64,000 nt of DNA from the human T2T-CHM13v2.0 reference genome, Homo sapiens. The DNA lies in NCBI RefSeq assembly GCF_009914755.1, contig NC_060935.1. One strand, written 5' to 3'. A program made the translations under genes and the position numbers. Of the stretch, positions 1 through 10,519 are shown in pieces (position 1 is the first letter of the stretch; each line of letters starts with the position of its first letter). The notes under the pieces were generated by a model. It saw nothing but the letters and a program-made list of their open reading frames with translations. It had not been told where the DNA came from and made no database searches.

Positions 1-501
1 TGTGTGGATTTTTGGTGCTGTATGTGCTCTGGGAGATGCCCCATGTTGGATGTCTTGCTTTGGCATTCAGAATGGCAGTAGAGATTAGGAGCAGGGATGG
101 GGTTTCCATGGTGTACAACTACGTCTTTTGGCATAAGTTATGTCCAGTTTACAGTTTGCTCCAATTTACTGTCATGTTCACATTCAACCATTCATGCTCC
201 TAATGAAGGAACCAAGAAAGAGTCTGAGTAAAGAACGAATATACAGGATGACACTGTCCCTGCACATTAGGGCTGTACTCACAAGATCTGGTTTTTAAAA
301 ATATCCTTTTTTGGAGCCATTGTTCAGGAATTTGTTAAGATCCCCTTGGTGTCAGTTTCTCATACAACAGAGAACAAATGTATCCCTGTTGCATCTGAAC
401 TGGAAAACCATTTTTAGAGGGAAGTGTGACAATGCTGCTGTGGCCTGGGTTCCAAGAAAGAATGCATGTGGCACCCAGTCTATTGCCCTGTGCACCCACT
501 C

Positions 502-507
502 TTTATT
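502..507 (-). terminator. Candidate proximal polyadenylation signal (AATAAA) in the XRRA1 3' UTR
   Basis: TTTATT on the plus strand, about 210 nt past the stop codon; the only canonical hexamer I saw in the visible UTR. Confidence 0.55.
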
Positions 508-714
508 GCCGCTGGGCCAGGCACCAGGTCATGCCTGGGCCAAGGAGGGGAGATCCTGACAAGGGGATGCCACCTTGTGGCCAGCAAGTGGGGCCCAGCT
601 GAGCTCTGAGGCCTGTGGCCGGCTGGTCAACCTTGAGGTGCGGTCCAGGGCACAGAGCCCTCGGGGAGAGCTGGGGCACAGGCCGGGTGGTGCACACAGC
701 CCCCATGCACAGCT

Positions 715-968
715 CTAGCCTTGTGAGTCACTGGCTGTGGGCTCCTGGCAGAACTCATCCATGAACTCGAGGAAGTGGCCGAACTTGGGCTGGCTCTCAC
801 TCAGCGCTGGGCAGGCCATGGGGAGCGGGGTAGTCCCGAACACTGTGCGCAGAGAGCCACTCACCAGCTGCCGGTAACGTGCCTGGAACTCCTTCAACAG
901 CCTCTTGGCCTCCAGGTACTGCTTGTGGTTCACCAGCCGCCGTTCTGTCCACTGGTGCAGGACAGCAC
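715..968 (-). CDS. XRRA1: XRRA1 last coding exon (coding part), (G)AVLHQWTERRLVNHKQY...QEPTASDSQG*
   Basis: Acceptor cttcttttcctgcag|, phase 1 in, TAG stop at 717-715; matches ORF 715..1017. Confidence 0.92.
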
Positions 969-1368
969 CTGCAGGAAAAGAAGCCAGGAGAGGCACCAAG
1001 CTCATCCTGGTTCTCACCTAGCCAGAAGCAAGAGGATTGGGTCCAGAGACCCTTGGAAAATGGGATGGTGTGGCAGGAGGATGCTAAGGGGCTAAAAATG
1101 GCCTTTCCAGCTTGGGAAGTCACTGACTTCCTACTGCCCCTATGCATTGACTCTATCTTAAGCCCTGGTTCAGGACCTTAACATGCTGTGTGATTTTAGG
1201 CAACTCCCTGCCTCACGCTGGCTCTCCTTTTGTCCATCTACATGTAGAGACTGATGTAGGCAGTTGCTCTCTAAGGGCCTTTCCTGCACTGACACAAGCC
1301 CTTTCTTTGCCTTTAGCCAGCAGGCGTGAACTGGATCTGGGATCCTGGCAGCTGTGGCAGAGCCGTAC

Positions 1369-1474
1369 CTAGTGGAGCCTCTGTAATGTTCCGGGGATCC
1401 CGCAAGCGAATGAAGATGTCATCCAGAAGTTGGGCTCTAGTCTTCTTTGGGGGTGGAATCGGGATTCTCTGGGC
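1369..1474 (-). CDS. XRRA1: XRRA1 coding exon (106 nt), AQRIPIPPPKK...RNITEAPL(G)
   Basis: Acceptor ccttctgccag| and donor CTAG|gtacgg. Phase 0-1; matches ORF 1313..1519. Confidence 0.92.
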
Positions 1475-1682
1475 CTGGCAGAAGGTCATGGAGGAGGGTG
1501 TTATCCCAGGTTTATGCACAGACTTTCCTGGCCTAACTTCATACAGTCACAGCAACAGGCTGGGGGGCATCTGGGGGTGCTGGGAAAGCATGGCCCTCAG
1601 AGGGTCCCAAGGTGACAGCCACATCTGTAATTGTGGGCGGTACTCAGGGGCCATTTACACATTCAGTGAGCTGGATGTTTAC

Positions 1683-1798
1683 CCGTTTCTCTTTGTGAAC
1701 ATAGGGTTTCTGAAGAGTGTCCAGCTTGGGCTTGGAGGAGTGGCACAGGAGTGGGTGCTTCAGCATTTGTTGCAGGGCTTGTGCATTCTTCTGGATTC
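1683..1798 (-). CDS. XRRA1: XRRA1 coding exon (116 nt), (G)IQKNAQALQQMLKHPLL...HKEKR
   Basis: Acceptor ccttcttgccctag| and donor ACGG|gtaaac. Phase 1-0; matches ORF 1644..1826. Confidence 0.92.
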
Positions 1799-2587
1799 CT
1801 AGGGCAAGAAGGCAAGACTGAGTCAAGGCACTTCCCCCTCCTCCTCCCAGATGCCTCCCCTGATTGCTTCATTCCTCAGTCTCACAGCAGCTCTAGGTAA
1901 AAGGATTTGAGAGTCCCCAAAAGAAAACACTGCCCCCAGGTTTCTTCCGGATCTGTTCCAGTGCCTGAAGTTCCATCATTCTTCAGTGAGTATTTGTCCC
2001 ATATTATAATGGAAAAATAGCACAGATTGTAATGGGTAAATAGTATTGGAGTGGGGGAAAAGGCTGGCTCCAATGTGACCCCATTAACCTCAGGGGGTTA
2101 TATCGCAGGGGCTAACACCCAGAACAGCCCAGCTGAATGCCAGTTGCTTTGGAAGTACTGATTAACACAGAGATGAAGCTGCCTCCTTTGCCTCCAACCA
2201 GATAGGAACGATTTTGGACGTTCAGTTTGGGAACTTAACCTGGGCTGGGAAAAGCTCAAGAATCTGGCCATTCTGGGTGTTCATTCATCACACTTTTCCT
2301 GAGGAGAGACTTTATCATCCAGAGCAGCTAGGCTGAGACCAACTAGAATCTCTGAATAAACTGTGGCTCCCCATAAGCCAGTGAAGGCCTAGGCCAGGAC
2401 AGGGGTCCCAATATGTGGGGCTTCAAACAAAGGACACCCTAAAAGGAGCCCTTTGACAGGTATTTAGACAGAGGACAGCACCCTAGTTGGGAAAAGACAG
2501 CTTGGTGCCAGCCTTGGCTTGACCCTGACTTGCTCTGAGCTGTGGAGATGGCCTCTTGCCCTAGAGCAAGGATATGCCCTCACATAC

Positions 2588-2786
2588 CCTTTGGCTCAAT
2601 GAAGGCTGGATCAGGCTTGGCTGTCAGCAGTTCTTCATAGCCGTGGTACTTGCTGGGAAGGAAGGCAGTTGGGAGTTTCCTCCGAGTCCCTTTCACCTCT
2701 CTGGGTGCCGTTGGTGGTTTCTTTTGGTCTTTCTCCTTTAACTCTAAATCATCCTTATGGATGACGGAGGAAGGCAGTTCACTCAC
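2588..2786 (-). CDS. XRRA1: XRRA1 coding exon (199 nt), VSELPSSVIHK...DPAFIEPK(G)
   Basis: Acceptor gttttcttcctgggcacag| and donor AAGG|gtatgt. Phase 0-1; matches ORF 2580..2813. Confidence 0.92.
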
Positions 2787-2804
2787 CTGTGCCCAGGAAG
2801 AAAA

Positions 2805-3400
2805 CGCATTCATTTGTCACTCATTCATTCATTCATTCCATGAACATTCGGAGTATCATCTCTGTGCTGGTCTCTGCTGGGCCCTGTTAAGGGCAAGGGT
2901 AAGACCAAGACTGGGATGGAAGAAAGCAGATATAAAAATAGACAATTGATAAATGCTTTAACAGAGGGAATACAGTGGTTTTGGGTGATCCCAGAGGAAG
3001 CCCCAACCTAGCCAAGAAGCTCCCTTGGAGGAATGCCTTAGCCTGAGCTAAGTCTTGAAGAGCCAGGAGAGCCATCCCTACGGAGCAATGGGGAGAGGTG
3101 TGGACTGCAAGTGATGAGAAAGAATGATTGTTTCAGACAAGGAACAGCACGAGCAAAGGCGCAGAGGTAAGAAACATCAAGGTGCATTTTCGGGGAACTA
3201 AAGATTGGTACAGTTAAGTACAAAGTGAAGAGATAGGCAACTGCAGTGGTAAGCAGGACCCGGATCGGTAAGGACCATTATATGCCAAGCTGAGGGTGCG
3301 TTTTATTTTGTATTTTCTTTATGCTCACTCTGATGGCAAACCATGGAGGATTTTAGCCTATCCTAATGGCTTTATAAGAAATCTGTATGTCATGTAGGGA
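2805..3400 (-). mobile_element. L2 LINE remnant
   Basis: (CATT)n tail followed by an L2-like 3' end (gaacattcggagtatcatctctgtgctgg); boundaries approximate. Confidence 0.55.
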
Positions 3401-3424
3401 TGTATTTATTTATTAAAATTACTC

Positions 3425-3720
3425 ACCAGGTGGGGTGGCACATGCCTGTAGTCCTAGCTACTCAGGAGGCTGAGATGGGAGGACTGCTTGAGCTCGGGAG
3501 CTCTAGGCTGTAGTGCATTATGCTCCTCGAGTGTCCACAGTATGTTTGGCATCAATATGGTGACCTCCCAGGAGTGGGAGACCACCAGGTTGCCTAAGGA
3601 GAGATGAACTTGCCTAGGTAGAAAATGGAGCAGGTCAAAACTCGCATCCTGATCAGTAGTGGGATGGTGCCTGTGAACAGCCATTGCACTACAGCCTGGG
3701 CAACATAGTGAGACCCCACC
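3425..3720 (+). pseudogene. Full-length 7SL (SRP) RNA pseudogene (RN7SL-P type)
   Basis: Alu-domain ends flank the 7SL-specific S domain (ggcatcaatatggtgacctccc...ccaccaggttgcctaagga...ggagcaggtcaaaact...gatcagtagtgggat). About 295 nt, with heavy CpG decay. Confidence 0.92.
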
Positions 3721-3788
3721 ATGTATATACGTGTGTGTATTTGTGAATATATATTATATATACACACGTATGTGTGTACATATATATG
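3721..3788. repeat. Mixed (TA)n/(TG)n/(CA)n microsatellite
   Basis: atgtatatacgtgtgtgtat...tatatatg, directly after the 7SL copy. Confidence 0.8.
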
Positions 3789-3789
3789 A

Positions 3790-4428
3790 CCTATAACAAG
3801 CAAAAAAGCTGAATTAGCAATTTTTAAACTTCCCACAAAGAAAAGCCAAGGACCAGATGGTTTCACTGGTGAATGCTACCAAACATTTAAAAAAGAATTA
3901 ACACCAATACTTCACAAACTCTTCCAAAAATTAAAAGAGGCTTATTCTCTGAGGTTAGTATTACCCTGAAATCCAAACTAGAGAAAGACATCACAAGAAA
4001 GGAAAAATACAAAGCAGTATCACTTATGAATATAAATGCAAACATTCTCAAAAAATATTAGCAAACTGAATTCAACAAGTAAAAGGGATTATATACTATG
4101 ACCAAGTGAGATTTATCCTAGGAATGAAAGGTTGGTTTAACATCTGGAAATCAATTAATATATCAAAACCATATGATCATCTCAGTAGACATAGGAAAAG
4201 CCCACTCTGTCATGATTAAAAAACACTCAAACTAGGAATAGAAAGTAACTTCCTCAACCAGATAAAGATCATCTATGGAAAACCCTCACCTAATATCATA
4301 ATTAATGGTGAAAGACTGAATGCTTTCCCCTTAAGAACAGGCACAAGACAAGGAAGTCTGCTCTCACCACTTCTGTTCATCATTGTATTAAAGGTTATAG
4401 CCAGGACAATTAGGCCAGAAAAAAAAAG
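3790..4428 (+). mobile_element. Old L1M ORF2 fragment (start of RT region)
   Basis: Decayed homology to L1 ORF2 (aaaagccaaggaccagatggtttcactggtgaa; gactgaatgctttcccctta). Confidence 0.85.
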
Positions 4429-5624
4429 ATTTTTTTTTTTTTTTCTGAAAACATGGTGACTCATAATTGATTGTATTGCTTTGGCCGCTAGGAGCTCAGA
4501 ACTGCATTTTGTCAAAACACCTTTATTATAATAGCAGCAGTGCATGATGTGCATGTTTGAGTGACAGAATTACCCTTGTACTATTTCCTTTCCTGTCCGT
4601 ATTTTCTTTTCATCTAACTCTCTCAAATTGTTTCTTTTAAAATGCTTATTTATATTCTGCATTGCTCCAAAAAGGTTCTGAGATATTTCTTTAAGATACT
4701 TTTATACTGTATAAATTTATATGTCACTATAAGTCATCTGTGGAAAAAGAAATAGATGGAGAGTTAGACCTCCATGAATGGATAGATGTACATCCTGGAA
4801 AGATCTGGCAGTGAGCAGACTGGAGGGGCAAGACTAGAGGCAGGGAGATCAGGGAGAGGGATGGTACAGTAATAAAGTTCAAGGGGGCCCTGCCAACTCT
4901 TCTAGCCTTATATTACCCTTTGCCACATGCCACCCTTCTGCTGCACTGACACTAAACATTTGTGGTTTCTGCATGTACCATTTTAATTTCCTTCCTCTAT
5001 CCTGTTTCATGCTGTTTCCTCTGTCCAGAATGCCCTTGCTGCTGTATCTTCACCTTTTTAATTCCTACTCAGCCTGTAAATCTCAGCTCAGTTGAGCCTC
5101 TTCCAGGAAGCCCTCCTGGGCTGGGGCAGAGGCATCTCTCCTTCCTCCAGACTCCCAGCCTCTGGGATTCCCTCAGTCTCAGCACTGATTGCATAAGCTG
5201 TTCCTGTCTATGTTCCCCATTATACTGAGAGCACCTTAAGGGCACGACCTGCATCTGATCTATGTTCCCAGGATCCAGAGGCAGCATCAAAAGTGAGGAG
5301 ACCTGAAGCAGAGAGGTACAGGCAGCAGCAAACCCCTCTGAAAAACTAGTTGGAATCACACCCCAGTCAGACCCCAGATCTTGACTGTGCCACAGAACCA
5401 TGACTTATCCCCATGGGTGTCCCTATCAGGTATCCCTATCAGTGTCCTCAGACCAGAGATCTCCCAGAAGAGGCTTGCAAGCTCCGCCAAGGGTGCTGAC
5501 TTCTTGTTTCCAGACCTGCCATGTGCTTGTTGCTCCCAGCTGTCCACAGCAATCGAGCCTAAGGGCTGCACAGGAACCTGTGGGAGCTAGCAACAAGTGG
5601 GCAGGGGCAGCTGGATACAGGTAC

Positions 5625-5972
5625 CTGGGTCAGGAAGATGGACTCTGTGCTCTTGGAGTCCTCATCTGATGGGCGCTCTGGGCTGAGGCGGACAGTTGTG
5701 TCACTCAGGTGGGACAGGGTCTCTTCACTATGCACAGTGGAGTTGGAGCAGATGGGAGGCAGTGGCACGAAGGTCCGGCAAGACGGGGAATGGCCTTCCA
5801 GGTTCTCAGTGGGCATCTCTGACTCCACAGAAGTGCTTTTGGTAGTGGGCAGATCTTCAGCCAGCTCTGCCTCTGGCTCTAGCATATCCTTTGAGGGAGA
5901 CTTGGTTGTCCTCATGCGCGGGTGATGGAGCACCAGAGGCTGCTTTGGCACCTTTGGGATTTCGCTTTTCAC
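5625..5972 (-). CDS. XRRA1: XRRA1 coding exon (348 nt), VKSEIPKVPKQ...KSTESIFLTQ; Ser/Thr/Pro/Glu-rich, probably disordered
   Basis: Acceptor cttctccatgacag| and donor CCAG|gtacct. 116 codons, phase 0-0; matches ORF 5559..5972. Confidence 0.92.
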
Positions 5973-6124
5973 CTGTCATGGAGAAGGGCCAGAATGAATT
6001 TGCTTCCTAATTAGGATTCTCTCCTCCTGGGCCTCACTAGCCTAAGGCCACTTGTATAGCAGCCGGAGTGCTGGGTACGGACTGAGGCGGGGGTGGAAAG
6101 GGAAATCATACTTGTTGGGCATCT

Positions 6125-6310
6125 ATGATGTGCCCCATGCATGATGTAAGTTGTTTTATTTCTACCTTGAAACTACCCAATGAATAATTATCCCCAATTT
6201 TATAGATGAGGAAACAGGGGCTTAGAGAGGTAAAATGACCTGTCCAAGTCCCAGAGTGATTTGGCGGTAGTGCCTGGACGATGTAATTCCAGTCCTGGGC
6301 TCCAGGCTTC
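6125..6310 (-). mobile_element. MIR SINE
   Basis: MIR core: ccccaattttatagatgaggaaacaggggcttagagaggt. Confidence 0.75.
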
Positions 6311-8210
6311 ATGCTGCATCCCTGACCATACGTACTCTGGCCCTCAGTAGTCTCATTCTTCAGATGAGGGTTTAACATGGTGCCTATGGCTTTCCCCAGG
6401 GACTCCGAGGAGAGGGTGTTGGGGAATGGTCCTGTATTTTCTGGAAGATGACAGCACCAGGCCCCTTTCAGGATGCTGTTCCCTATACCTTATATAAAGA
6501 TCCTAAAGATAGATCTCTCTGAAAGATTCAGGACCAAGAAAATAATTCCCTTAATTAGTAAAAGCCTGTGACCATTCTCCCCCTCCTCCTCAGCCTCAGC
6601 TGCCAGGAGGTGTCCATGTGCCCTCAGCTGGGTTTAGTCCTTTCTTTCTCCCCCTTTACATAGTGGATTGTTTTCACTCTTTGTCAGAGGTATTTGGTTC
6701 ACTTATATCTGTACTTTTACTGAGAGATGTAAGTTGTGTAGTGGAAAGATTGCAAGCACTGTAGTTAGAAAAATGTGGGCTGGAATACAGGTCTATCCTT
6801 TGAGCACCTATTTCCTCCTTGTGCCTGTCTCACAGAGTTCCACCCAATGAAATGGTGTGTGCAAATGTACCTAATGGACTAAGGAGGGCGAAGGATGACT
6901 TTTATAAAATATGTTACTTTAAAAAAATGTATTTCCTTTTGGAAAATATGTGGAACCTCAGTGTTTAGACTCTGAGGGACCCAGAGTCTTTGTCTGAATC
7001 CATGCCACAAGGCACAGGGCACGGACACAGCACCGCACCTCAGCATCTAAAACACCAAGCGCCATCACTTGGCAGCTGGCGGGAAGGGACAGTTCCCCTT
7101 CCCTCTCATGGCTCTGTGAGAGAGATGTGCTAGAGGAAATGCTCTTTCTCTATCCCACCGCTACTTTCCCCGCCCCCTCCCAAGGGAGGAATGGGTAACC
7201 TAACTGGCCAGAGGTTGAGTCACTGGGCCCTGCTTCAGTCGTGGGCTGGATTACTGCTCATCAATGAGACCAGGCTATTTTATCTTCCATTTGTGTCCTC
7301 ACATCAAAGGGCTCACACAGCTTCTTGGTTACAGGCCTGCTCTGGCAGGTTCTCCATTTTCCTCCTGTCTGTCCATGCCTAGGTGTGAGGGGAGGGACTG
7401 CAGCCTTTGTCCATGTAACCCCAGGGGTCTAATCTGCATTTCTAGCCCCATCTCTGTATGCACAATGAGGACATGCAGGCATCCCCAGTCTGACTCAGGA
7501 CTAAGTCACGTTCTTCAGTCCAGAATAGAGGGTGTTTGCCTACATTAACAAAGCATTGATTTGTTTCTCATTTGGCCACTGGCATCTGTGTTTATTTAAC
7601 TCATTTAGCTCAAAGGTTAGTCAGAACCTTTGATGGGAGGAGGTGTGAGGGGTCCCCTAGGACCCACACTAACTTTTAACAAGTCAGTTCACCTCTCTGA
7701 GTCTGTTGCTTCATCTACTGTGAGGATTATGGGATAGCATACACGTAAGAGCTCTGCAGAGTCCTGGGCATGGGGCTCTGTAAAGGAGAGAGGATTCTGC
7801 CCCTCCCTGGCTGGCTGATGGGAAATGATGGGGCAGATCCTTAAGAGGAGGTAACAGACAAGGAGGAAGATGATGGAAACCTTGGAATTTCTATTTCTGA
7901 CTTCAAATGCTTGTCCAGTCCTCTGAGGACGTCAGACAAGAGCCTGGCTGGACAGAGGCGGGCTGCAGAGGGGGTGGCAAGGAAACATCTGTATTTAACT
8001 TTTGGGATCAGCAATGCTCAGCCCACCTTTTGGCTGTAGAAAGACTAAAGTTCAGGAGGGAGGAGCATTTCACAGAAATTTTTGAAATTCTTCAGATGAA
8101 AGAGGGATTTCACTTACTTTATGGCAAAGGAAGCAGACTTCTCTCAACATAAGGAAACACTTCCTTAAGATTCAGGCAGGAGATGTATTCTGGTCCTGCC
8201 TTAGCTATTC

Positions 8211-8345
8211 TTTTTTTTGTTTTGTTTTGTTTTTGTAGAGACAAGGTCTCACCCAGGCTGGTCTCAAACTCCTGCCCTCAAGCGATCCTCTCGCCTTGGC
8301 CTCCAAAGTGCTGGGATTAGAGGCGTGAGCCACCACGCCTGGCCC
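8211..8345 (-). mobile_element. Free left Alu monomer (FLAM-like)
   Basis: T-rich tail plus a single Alu arm; degenerate TSD TAGC(T/C)ATTCT. Confidence 0.85.
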
Positions 8346-8597
8346 ATAGCCATTCTCAATTACTGTAGGTGACTATAACTTTCAATGGTAAGAGTTTTAG
8401 GAGTTTAAAATATATTTTCATATCTGTTGTTTCATCCAGTGCTCTTCCCAAAGCAAGGAAAGGAGAAGGCAATGCTGAACCTAATGGAGAGATTCCAGGC
8501 ACTGTGGAGTGAGCAGCTCTACAGCCAGGTTGGTTTGCATACATTATAATAGGCTGCACTCTTCCTGGGGGTGGGAGTCCTGCCTTGGAAGCCCTAC

Positions 8598-8713
8598 CTT
8601 CCATGATTCCTTCCGAGACATCAAAACATGATGCTTAGGCTTTACTATCTTCCTTCGAATTAAGTGGATTCCCAGTCGCTCCTGGAGGAAGCTCTTCAGC
8701 AGTGGAGGGACCC
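8598..8713 (-). CDS. XRRA1: XRRA1 coding exon (116 nt), (G)VPPLLKSFLQERLGIHLIRRKIVKPKHHVLMSRKESWK
   Basis: Acceptor ttcccatcatggcaccag| and donor GAAG|gtaggg. Phase 1-0, open frame; translated by hand. Confidence 0.9.
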
Positions 8714-8744
8714 CTGGTGCCATGATGGGAAAATAAGATTACTA

Positions 8745-9005
8745 TTAGCTAAAATTTATACTGGGGCTTACTATGTGCCAGGCACTATTCAAATTGCTTT
8801 ACATGTATTACTGAAACTTATTCTCAACCCTAGGAGGTAGGTTGAGAATTCCTACCTCCTAGGAGAATTCCTACCTCCTACCATTATTCCCATTCAATAG
8901 GCAAGGAAACTGAGGCACAGAGAGGCTAAGGAATTTGTCCAAGATAATAAAGATAGTGTGGAGTGATGATCAGAACTTCACTGGTGTCACTCCAGGGCCC
9001 AGGAC
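8745..9005 (-). mobile_element. MIR SINE with an internal templated insertion
   Basis: gcttactatgtgccaggcact...gaaactgaggcacagagaggctaag MIR core. Confidence 0.8.
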
Positions 9006-9224
9006 TCTAAAATGCCTCCAACTCCTGTATCTTACACAGTGGCTCCACTGCTGACCACTCCATTCAGTGTGCTCTGGGAAGAGAGGCTCCTGCAGTTGGG
9101 GCTGCACCCCTCTGCAACTGGGAATTGGGAAATGAGGTCATGACAGAACTGTTCCACAAAGCAGGGTGTGGTTCAAAAGAGCTCATACAGGATTTAAAGA
9201 ATTCCATATTCCATTCCCAACTCA

Positions 9225-9330
9225 GACTCTTTCTTGCTGTGTGACCTTGGGCAGATCATGAACCTCCCTGAGCCTCAGTTTCTACCACTGTCCGTGGGGA
9301 CAATAATGCCTGCTCACAGGGTTACTGTCA
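9225..9330 (+). mobile_element. MIR fragment
   Basis: gctgtgtgaccttgggcagatcatgaacctccctgagcctcagtttct. Confidence 0.75.
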
Positions 9331-9498
9331 GGAAGCGCTGGTACAGAGCTATTTCCTCCATTCCTCAATGTACCATGAACCTTGTCCACCCCGACACAGA
9401 GTAGATCCCAGGGCTTGGCATTGATGAGGTGGGGATGAGGGTGCCACACTGCTCCTTGGGCACTGGGTTGAGAGGGGGCAGGTTTGCGGGCACTATAC

Positions 9499-9592
9499 CT
9501 CGTGTATGGGCCACCAGAGGGTTGTTATGAAAGACGAACTCACAGAGAGATGGGAAGAGAGCTACTGGTAGGACAGCATCCTCTTTTGCGAT
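9499..9592 (-). CDS. XRRA1: XRRA1 coding exon (94 nt), IAKEDAVLPVALFPSLCEFVFHNNPLVAHTR(G)
   Basis: Acceptor ctgcattcattacag| and donor CGAG|gtatag. Phase 0-1, LRR-like LCEFVFHNNPL. Not in the ORF track; translated by hand. Confidence 0.9.
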
Positions 9593-10519
9593 CTGTAATG
9601 AATGCAGGAGAGACTCTCAGGTTGACACCACCCCTCACCTCTACCCAGGTATGTCTAGGCCCCTCACTGCAGGGCTACATGCTTGCTAGGATTGGGGGTG
9701 GTATTGGGTAAGACATGCTGCTGTGGATGGGACTCACTGCTGGGTGATGCCTTGACCCTGTAATAATACCTACTCATGCACAGAGTACCTTGCCCCTCCT
9801 GTCTGAAATTCCACCATCACTGTTGCGTGTTTAAGAGCTAAGAGTTTTTCCTCTTTTTTCCATGCTGGATATGTAGCCTACATCAAATACTAGGGAAGCT
9901 GGTGGCAAAATAATAAGAACAAACACATTTTTCGTACGAACAAACTCTTTATCTCATAAAGATTCTGGAAGGTTGGCAGGGCATTGACTTTAACTTCAGG
10001 ATACAATTTGACACTTCATCTTCCTCAGCACAAACCTCTACACACTTCTGATGGCTCTTTCACTGAGGCCAGTCCTGGGCACTTATTTGGGGATGGACAG
10101 GGGGAAAGGAGGACCCACACATCTAAGGGATAAGTAGAGCCAGTGTTAAGAGAGACCTCATGGCTGTCTGGGACACAGAGAATGCCCTGTGAAGCCAGCC
10201 TGCAATTGGTGGCTTATTGGCCAAGCCAGCCTCTGAAGGGCAAAAAATATACAAGCTTTGTTGAGCAGACTGCCTGGAAAAGCTGGACCATCTTGGCGAG
10301 AGTATTTATTTGCAATGGAAGAGTATCAGGGACATCAGGATCGAAGGGGTCAGGAGTCAGGCAGTGGCCGATCAGACCCCTGGACACACTGAAAGGTATT
10401 GGGTCAGATGTAGGACCCAATGAAGGTACTGAAGTCCAAGGGCTGGAAGAGGGAGGGCACTTCAGTTTAGCTTCCTCCGCAGCCTTACTGGATAGCACTA
10501 GATTTCCACTAACTTCTTT

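Noticed and set aside
1326-1802. 158-aa plus-strand ORF
   Set aside because: Antisense shadow of two XRRA1 exons and their intron; non-ATG start and no recognisable domain.
3425-3720. Functional SRP RNA gene
   Set aside because: Many substitutions and CpG loss relative to 7SL and no oligo-T terminator; treated as a pseudogene.
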